Below are positions 51,995 to 64,000 of a stretch of DNA of 64,000 nt, piece after piece (the stretch's first letter is position 1; each line of letters starts with the position of its first letter). A program made the position numbers and the translations under genes. Under the pieces are notes generated by a model that saw nothing but the letters and a program-made list of their open reading frames with translations, did no database searches and was not told the origin of the DNA. The stretch comes from Klebsormidium nitens (taxonomy: Eukaryota > Plantae > Klebsormidiophyceae), in the NCBI GenBank assembly GCA_000708835.1, contig DF237288.1, positions 36,505-100,504 on the forward strand, read 5' to 3'.

Positions 51995-54900
51995 ATGGAG
52001 GGTCTCATTGGGTTGTCAGAGCTGGTGGAGCAGGCGCAGGCGCTGCTGGGCGACGCCGACAGCTCAGGGGGCGCATCGACGTTCCTGCGGGTGGTGGCCC
52101 TGGGCAGCGTGGTGAGACAGCAGGCCGCGATGCAGCTCCAGTTGATTGCCAAGAACAGCGTGGAGATGCGCGGCCACAATGGCCAGACGGCCTGCCGCAT
52201 GCAAGATGAGCTTGGGTATGCAATTGACTGGTTGTCTCCACGTTGCGTGCAGGGCTCCGGCAAAACTGCGGTGCTCAACAGTCTCTTGGGATACCCGGTT
52301 CTGGTAAGCCTGTGGCCTGCCCCAGCTCAAACTGCAGCAAGATCTGCCCCTGTCCTTGCCTGCGCGCTCTCCTGCCCCCCTGCGCTCTGTTCTGCTGGCG
52401 TGTCTGATCCTTGAGGCCCTGGGGCCCTCTGTGGTGCAGCCTACCGGGAAGGTGGAGGGCGGAGCCACGCGCATACCGCTCGTGGTCAATGTGACGCGCA
52501 GCGGAGGGATGGGCGTGAGGGCAGTCCTGGGGAACAGGAGCTTGCTCACCGCAGGTTAGGGGATAGACCATCCCATCTGCAGCAGCTCCTCCGGGTGCAA
52601 TTGCCGGATGCGTGCATTGCTTAGGTTTGCGTGTGCGTATGTTGTTGGGTCGGGCCGCTTCTGCTGCTGATCCTGGGCCTGTGCGTGCTTGCTGCAGGGG
52701 AGATCCGGCGCGCGATCCAGGGCGAGATGAAGAAGGGGCTGCTGCCCAACGTCCTCAAGCGGGGCTCCAAGGACCTTGTGGAGCTCAGCGTCTCCGCAGC
52801 CGCAGGTGAGCGCTCCCCCCCGTGCGACGCGCCTGTACTGCCGCCTGCACGTGCTGGGGGTCGCTCCGGCTACCATGATTGAGCATGTTGGACCCGTTTG
52901 TTCATGGAGTCTTGGACCAGTTCTCCAATCAGCTGCTGCTAGGTTGTTCTCAAGAGTTGAACACGCTATGAGTTTGCAATTTGTTTCCTGCTTGAAATAT
53001 TGCTCTGGTACAAGTTGGCCCCGTCAGCCCCTCTCATTGTGCCTCTCTGCCCTGTGGCGTGTGCTCTGCAGCCCCTCCGCTCACGTTGGTTGATCTGCCG
53101 GGAATATTGGACAAAGCATCAGAACGTGATGATCTGGTGAGAGTCGTCATCCTTAGCACAATCTCCTTTCCAATCGAAGCGGGGAATGCATCAAGCGCTG
53201 TGCTTGGATCTGCACCCTGGCAGCCTTTGTCCCCCCATGCTTGCTGTCTCAGTCTGCTCTAACCCGCGTCCTTGCCACGTCGCAGGTCACTGAGTTTGCT
53301 GGCAGCAACGACGCCATCCTCCTTGTTGCTCTTCCTGCCCAGGCGGCCCCTGGGGTTGCCAACACGCGCGTCCTCCGCTTTGCCCAGGAGCTTGATCCAG
53401 ACGGTAAGCCTGCCCGCCCAGCGCTTCAGCAGCTCACAGCATTTCAGGCAGCCCACCTGCTTCTCCCATTGGCTGCGTTCCGTGCAGCCAACTACACCTG
53501 CCTGCCTGCATTCCCCTTGCCCCCAGCCTGTGTCTTCTGACGCTGCGCTGCGCGGTGCGCAGGGTCGCGTACGGTGGGCGTGCTGACGCGCGTGGACCAG
53601 GCTGCCGGGGATGCGCGCGCGCTGTCGGCCACGAGCGCGCTGCTGCAGGGGCAGGGCCCCGGGCTGAGCCGCGAGATCCCGTGGGTGGCCACCATCACCA
53701 AGGCGCAGGCGGACGTGAGCGCGGACGAGAGCCTGGCCGGGTCGTTCCAGGCGGAGCTGGACATGCTGCGCAACATCCTGGGCCGCGGCTCGCAGCTGCG
53801 CCTCGGCCGCACCGCGCTCATCGAGGCGCTCTTTGCCACCATCCGCAACAGGACCAAGCAGAAGATCCCCACGCTGCTCGCTGGGTGAGGGCCAGTGTGG
53901 AACATCTGAGGGCAAGGCCGCGCAGTTTTGCGCTCCTCACCTGCTCATGGTGTCAATGTCGTCCAGCCAAGGGGCATCTATCACGCAATTGTGGGGGAGC
54001 GAAGACACTGCCAATCTGTTTTGGAGGACCAATGGCATTTTAATTCTGCCTGGGAACAGATGCCATCGCGGAATCTGCTGCTTTGCACTGGGGTCTACTG
54101 CTAAGTCCTGAGACTTGTTCCAGGGGCACCTCTTGTGCGACCAGCAGCGCCCTCGTCTGTTGACACATGTTGTACGGCGCGTGCAGGCTCGAGGGGCGTT
54201 CTGCGCAAGTGGAGGAGGAGCTGGTGCGCCTGGGCGAGCGGCGCGCCACCACCAGCGAGGGCCACCGCGCCGTCGTGCTGGAGCTGGCGCGCGAGTTTGA
54301 CGACACCTTCAACCAGCACATTGAGTCGGGCGAGGTCAGCGCCCACCCACCGCCCACTGCCTCTCGCAAGCACCCCAGCAGAGCTTGCAGCGGCACACGC
54401 CTACGAAATGCTCATAGCCGTGGCACCGCATACTTTGGGGTCTGCTTGTGCCCTTCCGCTGCCCCCTACTCCTGGCTGAAGGCGGTTGCTTCGTGTTGTT
54501 GTGTGCAGGTGGGGGGTGCCAAGATGGTGTCCTCGTTTGAGACGAGCCTGCCCCAGCGCATCCGCCGCCTGCCGCTGGACGACCTCTTTGAGCTGGCCGC
54601 CATCAAGAAGGTGAGCCTCACCGCGTCCGGTTGCCCCCTGGGGCCCAGCAGCCCTGCTCGCACACAGCGGCACCTGCTGCGGCACCTGCACTACAGCTGA
54701 GTTCAAGGCTGAGCCTGGGTTGCGGGGGTGGTTGGCTGGCTGGTGCTGACTGCGGTGTGTGGGCGTGCAGCTGGTGGAGGAGGCGGACGGGTACCAGCCG
54801 TACCTGCTGTCCCCCGAGAAGGGCCTGCGCGCGCTGGTCAAGAAGTGCCTGGATCTGGCCAAGCCGCCGTCGCTGCAGTGCGTGGACGAGGTGCACCGCA

Positions 54901-57900
54901 CGCTGCTCGAGGTCGTCAGCGCGGCCGCCGCCGCCACGCCCGGCCTGAGCCGGTACCCGCCGCTGCGGCGCTGCATCGTGGAGCTGGCAAGCGGTGCGCT
55001 GGACGCGTATCGGTTGGAGGCCAAGACGATGGTGGTGGCGCTGGTGGACATGGAGCGCAGCTTCATCCACCCCACCAAGTTCCGCAAGCTCGTGCAGCGC
55101 CGCCTCGAGAAGCTCGCCTACGAGGAGGACATGAAGGAGACCGCCAAGACGCAGGAGCAGTCCCTGCTCTCCAAGGTGCGCGCGTCAGGTCATCGCGGGG
55201 CACAGGGGCGGCCATTGCTGTAGGCCGGCCATAATGATTCTCTGTAACCTGGGTTGGTTCCCGGTGTGCAACTTTTGGCAGTTCGTTATACAACACTGAT
55301 TGGAGCATCAGGGCTACGCTAGAAGGAATACAGTGAGGTTATACGTGCTGCTGACTCTCCTGGAGGAGTAGGGTTGCTAAGCGAAGGACCAAATATAATC
55401 ACAGCAGGTCACTGGCTTGTAGATGCCGTTCACGCTACCTTTGTTTGTCAGGCCGCTCAGGTCCGCCAGTACAACCTCGGGGCCTTAGTGACAAGTAGCT
55501 CATGTACGTTGGAAAGGACTTGAGCTGTTGCTCGGTCGACGCTTGAGCGTGGTGTTATCCGTGCAGATCACGGGGCGGCGGTCGACGAGCGAGAAGGCGG
55601 CGGAGGCGGGCAAGGGCGCGTCGCTCAAGGAGCAGAAGGAGGCGGCCAGCAGCAAGAGCACGCCGCCCACGACGCCCACCAAGGAGGCCAACAATACGCA
55701 AACCGGCTTCGTCAGCGGCCAGGAAATGATTGCAGGTGGGCACGCCCGCTGCCAGGGCCGCCTCTTGTGCAGCTTACACAGCATGTTGCATTCGTCTCCG
55801 CCCCTTTGAGACACACTATCGTTGCTTCCAGTGGTCCAATCCAGTTGATGTGCAGCGCTGAGCGCGGTGGTTTGTGCGTGGGTGCAGGCTACTTGTGGAA
55901 GAAGAGCTCCGACTCTAACTCGTGGAGCAAGCGCTGGTTCGTCTTGAACGGCAAGATTGGCAGGGTAAGCCCCCCCTCGTCACAGCCGTGCCAGTGCGCA
56001 GCGGGCAGGCTTGATCAGGCTGCGAGCTCGGGCCGGTGGTGCAAGATTTGTCATCGAGAGTGGGAATAAGTGTATGCGTGTGCATGTGCGTTCGTGCGTA
56101 TGTACGTGTGGGCGTCCGCGCGTGCGTGCCGTGGCTGCTGACGCGCGCGGGTGGTGGTGTGGCGGGTGCAGCTGGCGTACATGAAGAAGCCGGAGGACAA
56201 GTACTTCCGCGGCGTGGTCAAGCTGGAGGAGTGCATCGTGGAGGAGCTGGTGGACCGCGAGGACCTGCTGGACGGGCCCGAGAGCAGCGGCTCCACGGGG
56301 CCGGAGCCGGGCAAGGACGGCAAGCCCACGCGCCAGGTGCTGAAGAGCAGCTCCAGCCTCGGCCAGGCGCAGACGCTCGCCTTCCGCATCACCAACAAGA
56401 CGCCCTACAAGTCCGTCGTCAAGGGTGAGTAGCCCCGCGCCCCCCCCCCTCACGCCCGGCTGCGCGCCACACTGCTGCTGCGCACTGCCCTGGATCGCTG
56501 CGAGCCGCCTGCTTGCCTGCCGCTGAGGCCGTCTCCCGGCGGTGCTTGCAGTGCACAACTCGCTGCTGCTGCGCGCGGAGAACGCGGCGGAGAAGCAGGA
56601 GTGGGTGTCCAAGATGCGCGCCGTCGCCGCGCGCGCCTCGGGGGCCAAGGAGGTCGAGAGCGACGCCGACTCGGGCTACGACAACGAGGTATGCGCCCGC
56701 CCGCCGTACTTTTCCCACCCCCGTCGAGCCGTCTCGAGCAGCAGCCTCGCTGCTCCTGCCTGCTTGGTGTGGCAGTGGCGTGGTCGCCCGACGCTGACGC
56801 TCCTTTGGGCGGGTGTGGGTGCAGGAGCCTCCTGCTGCGGCGGCGCCTCCGGTTCGTGCGGTGCGGCCGGCTGACCCGGATGCGGAGCTGCGGCTGATGG
56901 GGTCCGAGGTGCGCGACTACGTGGACGCAGTGCTCGAGAACCTGGCCGCCAACATCCCCAAGGTGAGCGCGCCAGGGGTGCCGGAATGGGGTGGCCTGGA
57001 GCGCGGAGGCGCAGACAAAGCTCTCCCCACCCTGTTTTTGAACCGGTGGGGATCCTTCGGATTCGGCTTCATGCAAATCTGGTCCAAGTCGAAGCCACTG
57101 CTCGCAACAAACCTATGATGAAATGACTGCACACCACAGATTCACGGCTTCGGCAAGCAGATCGGCCGCAGCATCCAACGTCCTTAGAACCTGCACCGGA
57201 GTTACAGCATCACAGAGGCATTTCTGTGGGTGCGGCCCAGGATGTCTGGTGTGCATATGCGCGCATGCTCGGCCGACCGTGCGGCTGCGTCGTCACATTT
57301 GTTCGCCGTGGCTGGTGTGGTGCAGGCGGTGGTGTTTTGCCAGATCGAGCGCGCCAAGGAGACGCTGCTGAACAAGCTGTACAGCGGCATCAGCGCGCAG
57401 GCGGACACGGGCATCGACGGCCTGCTGCAGGAGGACGGCGAGGTGCGGCAGCAGCGCGAGCGCTTCATGCAGCAGAACGACGCGCTCAAGAAGCTGCAGC
57501 GCCAGCTCAGCATGCAGGAGGCCAAGGTCGCCATCGAGGGCGGGCCCGACCCAGGTACGCACGCACCGCGCGCAGCAGCCACGCAGGGTCTGTGCACGTC
57601 TGTGACGCACTCCCTCCAACCCTGTGGCGTGACATCCGTGCGCCTGCTTCCTCGTGCCCGCCCCTGAGCCGGCTTTCTTGGTGCAGGTGCGGAACCGGTT
57701 GAGGACAACAGCTGGCGGACGGCCTTCCGAGACGCCGGCCAGGACGGCAGCTACGCGGACGTGCCGCCCAGCCCGGTGGCCAACGGGGGGTCGCTCCCAA
57801 AGTCGCGCATGTCGCGGGAATATTCTGAACCAGTGCAACGAGAAGCACCAGCACCACCGCAAGTGTCGGAACCACAACCGCCGAAGTCCAAATCAAGATG

Positions 57901-57910
57901 GGGTTTTTAG
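51995..57910 (+). CDS. DRP2: Dynamin-related protein 2 (DRP2A/B-like): GTPase, middle, PH and GED domains, short Pro-rich tail
   Basis: G1 [16 protein letters not shown]; G2 GATRIP; G3 VDLPG; G4 LTRVD; [19 protein letters not shown]; VVALVDMER; PH domain GYLWKKS...WSKRWFVLN...[15 protein letters not shown]; [41 protein letters not shown]; ends [10 protein letters not shown]. 17 exons, all GT-AG. Confidence 0.95.
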
Positions 57911-58952
57911 AGGACCACTTATGACGTTTTTGGAATACAAGGGGACGTTGGTTGCTTCAAATGCGCAGCTCCCATACTATTGCTAGGTTCCAAGGTCCGG
58001 GAATGCACTCTGCTGGTTACCAAGACAATCAAGAGGTTGTATTTCATTTGAGTCCTGGCCCAGTCATCCTTCTACAAGATGTTGGGTGCATTCTGCTTGT
58101 TTGTGTTGAGTCTAGTGATGGGTTACTCTCGCCAACACACGCCACAATGATACATCCCTGATTGAAGGAGTGAATAATAGCTCGACTTGCTCTAGCTTGG
58201 CCTGCATGTCACTACGCCTCATGGTAGCCATGAACCCGGATTCGGTTGCATAGATAAAAGTTGGAATGCATGAGTAGATGGTTACTGATATGGTACAATC
58301 AATACATGAACTATTGTCGGTTTAAGGAGAATGCTGTAGTGACCAATTTGTTCTCCGGTTTTGCACGTTGGTCCTGGATATACATTTGGGGACCACTATG
58401 ATGCAAATGTGGCCGGAACTTGGGTTTCAATATATGGTCAAGTACTTGTGCATGTTTATCACTGATGCTCAATTAGTCAAAATGCTCTCATGCAGGGGCC
58501 GAGTGGCGATCGATCGCCGTTTCCCATGCAGGTTATGAAAGCGTGGAAAGAGTGTTTCAATTAGAGATTTTGATATTGCATGCTAATTGAAAAGCTAGGG
58601 CTACAAGGACAGAACAAGGTATTTTTAAGATGTGCGCGATCATGCATAGTACATATCTATATCTCATGATCAAAGATTAAAGCAATAAGAACGTGTGAAT
58701 TCGTTTGGATGTACACCCTATGCTGGCACGCATCTTAGGCCAGTGCCCAAGTATGTGGACCCATGGAGATGTAAGCCGGTATAGAGACCGAGTTTATTGT
58801 GACTTTTGAGTACGACGTGCTTGCCAGCCCGCATTGTAGTACGCGCACTTTTTCGTTTTAGGGGCATGCCATCGGTATGCTAGATTGTGTTGGTAATCGT
58901 TTTTCAGCATGCACTCTGAATATTCAAACAACTTAATTCAACCCAGGACGAT

Positions 58953-61020
<2,068 letters not shown>

Positions 61021-61799
61021 CTTAAGACGGATTCTCAGAAGTGAAGGACGAGACGACAATCGGTTGCTGAGCCGTTCATCATTTGGTTCACTTGGTACTA
61101 AACCACACAGAGTAGGCTGCCAGCAAAATTCAGAAGGTCAGTCCAATGAAAGAGGCGACACACAGCGCTTCCCATGTCAAAAAGCAAATGCCATTCCGTG
61201 TGCCAAGTGAGAAGACAATTAGCATTTGCCCAAACAGGGCCGCAAGCATTGGCATCTTGGCCCCACTTTTGTGTTTGACTGCACATTCTATCCAGTAAGA
61301 GGGTGTCTTTACCTCTTTCTGTATCCCGTAAACAGGGAGCTGCGCCTGGAGAAGTGCCCGCCCCCTTGCGTGCCTGGTACCTTCTCCTTGGAAGTGGTGA
61401 AACAGGTATTGAGTTTGACCACGCTCGACTCCGAGGCTCTGGCAAATCTAGAACCCGGACGACGTTGCAAGCTTGACAAGCCGCCTCCATCGAAGGGCCG
61501 TTGCTGCGGTGAATGACGTGAGAATTAATTCTGTCCCGTCGTTTCTGGATACAAGTTTAGGAACTTCTAGAAATGATGTCCTGGCCCCGTCATGGCCCCT
61601 TCAGTTTATATTTGCGGCAGCCGCCTACACTACACTAGACCAGCGTTGCGAGCTTGGGGTTTGAAGTTCCTGACACAATCATCATGAGGCTGCTGCATCA
61701 GAGTGCCTGGCTGCCATCAGAATGAATGTGACAACTGACGAAGAGGAGCCAACTCAGGCCAACTCGTTAGGGCGCCGTCATTTTGTAATTGGTAGTAGG

Positions 61800-62252
61800 T
61801 ACCCCCCCATATTTAATTCGACCATTTTCGAAAGTGGTCCTGCGCCGAGGGGCCCCAAGCCCCCCCCCCCTCCCCGCCCTGCCACATAAGAGCCGGGCAG
61901 TGTAGCCAAAGGTCCAGCCAAAGCAGCAAACCGGATTAAGTCAACGTTTTTAACTGTATAATACTGGCAAACGGTCGTATATATCCCTCTCTTTTTGAAA
62001 TTTGAAAGCAAAACAGCCCCGCAGGGCAGCTTTTCAGGAATTTGCGATCCAATTTGACTGTTTTGATGCTCATTTGTAGGATCGATACATAGATATGTTG
62101 GTGAACGTGGCTCATAAGACCCTCTGCACGGAAGCCTCAAGCGGTCCCCCCATGGGGGCCCCGAATCTCAGAATGCCCTTAAAGCCCCCCCCCCCTCCCG
62201 CCCTGGATCACCAATAGCTGGCCCTACGTACCCAAATAAATATGGGGGGGTA
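61800..62252. mobile_element. Putative MITE with TA flanks and CCCCCCCATATTTA terminal inverted repeats
   Basis: Perfect 16-bp inverted repeat TACCCCCCCATATTTA (61800-61815) / TAAATATGGGGGGGTA (62237-62252). Internal direct repeat AAG-C11-TCCC(C)GCCCTG at 61857-61881 and 62182-62205; GGGGCCCC palindromes; AT-rich core; no credible ORF. Confidence 0.6.
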
Positions 62253-63452
62253 ATAGGTATCAGGTACAAACTGACGGTTATTGAGGTATGTATATTATGT
62301 GACTGTATCAGTGTTTAACGCGCCGCGCACGCGCCAGGTACAAAGTGCGGCTGGCGTCGGGATTTGTGCGGCTGGCAGCAGGCCAGCCGCCCACCTTTGT
62401 GCGGCGGAATTTGGGACACAGCCGCACACTGTGTGCGCCTATGATGCAAGCTTGTGCCCGGAGCCCAGGCTCTTATGGGCCAAAATGCATAAAAGACGGC
62501 TCTGAACCGGCTTCAAGCAACGTTTACCGGGAACTACAGTCCTCAGTGATTGATATATAGAACGCGTCTCCGTCCGAGCATTGTGCCCGGGCCCCGGTCC
62601 CTTGCCAGCTAGCTCAGCTTGCCTTCTATAGGCAGACGAACGCCCCCATACATTTACTTCCCGGCTGAATAATTCCCGTATAAATATAGCCATATCGACG
62701 TGCCTTTTAAGACCTTTGCTATATATGTAGGCTTTACTTAATATGCGATAAGCCACTGCTTATAATGGTGTCGCACTTGCTTATGTAGCGTCAGCATGCA
62801 TATATGTGCCGGAGGCTTTTTACAGCTTCAAACAAAGAGCTATAACGTGCTCCTTATAACTCCGCGCAAAAAGCATCCTAGGTGGCGCATTTTGGTTGCA
62901 AATCAGAACGGTTAAGAAACGGACCCCTGAAACCTAGCGCGAAGACCCTGGGTTTGGGTTCAGGAGTCTAACTTCTGGCTCAACCCAGAAAGTGTGCGGC
63001 ACTTTTAGAGGGCAGCCGCCGCACACTGGTGCGCGGCGCTCGCAGGCCCGTATGCCCACTTTTGTGCGCCACGGATTTAGGGGGTTGTTAATCACTGGAC
63101 TGTATGTCGAGTGTGTGTGCGGACAGTGCCAGGTGGGCCCATACCTAACAACATAGGACAGCCCCTCGGGGGTGTATCGAATCAGATTCTTCAAGCATGG
63201 ATTGTCTGCAACGAGCACTCGATTCTTAAATTTTGGCGCGGTCCCCGATCAGCTGTCGAAAGTCGGCTACATTTGCAGGCACTGGCACTTTAGGCACCGC
63301 TCGAAGGGAGGGTTTCTGTCGTACGAGCGGTACCGTACCAGCGCCGTGCAAGGGACCGGGGTAGCCGACTTAAATTGACAGCTGGACGGCCAGTCAAAGG
63401 GAAGACGCGAGTGCGCGCGCAGGCGAAGCTGCTTTGGCAGGGGCGAAGCGGC

Positions 63453-63712
63453 CGCCGGGTGAATACGGCGAAAGTTGAGCTGTTTGCTCAGAAGATCATG
63501 ATCGAAGGTGAGCCAACGTGGCGCCGGGTGAATACGGCTGCTGTGAAGGCAGTTGTGCTCATGTGTTTTGAGCTGGGCAAACGTGCCATAGGCCGCCGCC
63601 AGGTGAATATGGCACTGAGGTGTTGATCACCTCTTGAGGTGATTGCGTGCGGCTGATGCGCTGTATGTAGCTCGACTTTTGAAAGATGCAGGGAGCGCCG
63701 GGTGAATACGGT
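63453..63712. repeat. Four copies of a 16-bp self-complementary motif GCCGGGTGAATACGGC in a degenerate array
   Basis: Copies start at 63454, 63523, 63598 (GCCAGGTGAATATGGC) and 63697 (ends CGGT). Periods 69, 75 and 99 bp. Confidence 0.85.
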
Positions 63713-64000
63713 TGGTGATTATTGGTGTCGATTCACAATCGCAGGCCAGTATGTGGTCCACATCGTGGCCAACGGCTCGGAATCATGTCACACAGTGTGC
63801 CAGCAAGCGAAGATATCAGTGGTGTGCTGTGCGGGCAGAGTTCTGGAGAGAGTGGACAGTGAAAAGCAGAGACCGGCTGGGCAAGAGCGGAATGGTAGGT
63901 GATAAGAGGATAATGTTTCCCAGCATTCTGGTGATTGATTGCTGGGTATTACGAAGTATACGGTGGGTTTGGGTGGGAACGAAAAACAATGGCGCCTAAG

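Noticed and set aside
55230-55520. Possible intronic C/D snoRNA in DRP2 intron 10
   Set aside because: Best C box (ATGATTC) is a poor match to RTGATGA, with no terminal stem or recognisable rRNA guide.
62925-63085. Telomere-like TTTAGGG or CCCTAAA fragments
   Set aside because: Only isolated imperfect single units, no tandem array.
63453-63712. CRISPR array
   Set aside because: Repeats are only 16 bp, spacers vary from 53 to 83 bp and share residual similarity, there are no cas genes, and the context is eukaryotic nuclear.

Overview
Gene-dense, GC-rich eukaryotic nuclear DNA with many short spliceosomal introns (mostly GT...TGCAG). The gene set (PH-domain dynamin DRP2, OEP37, plant-type Gemin2 and SET-domain protein, ABC1K-beta-lactamase fusion) points to a streptophyte green alga, Klebsormidium-like; this is inference. 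Eleven spliced protein-coding genes were reconstructed by hand: STE20-family kinase (-, runs off the window start), ABC1 atypical kinase/beta-lactamase fusion (+), orphan coiled-coil protein (+), OXA1 (-), SPT16 (+), NOT1 (+), SET-domain methyltransferase (-), Gemin2 (+, spans a 633-nt N gap), OEP37 (-), DRP2 (+) and anthranilate synthase beta subunit (-). Most entries in the ORF track are exon fragments or shadow frames. Non-coding observations include two TA-flanked MITE-like elements, a probable minor-spliceosome (U12-like) intron whose 5' splice site sits in a 13-bp hairpin, a GC-AG intron, clustered GAGTC/GACTC palindromes in promoter regions, and four hairpin-forming 16-bp repeats near the window end. 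I found no tRNA, rRNA, snRNA or CRISPR array. I cannot support a clear-cut new multi-gene system. The best leads are the U12-like hairpin intron, an apparently N-terminally truncated NOT1, the orphan coiled-coil gene and the terminal repeat region.
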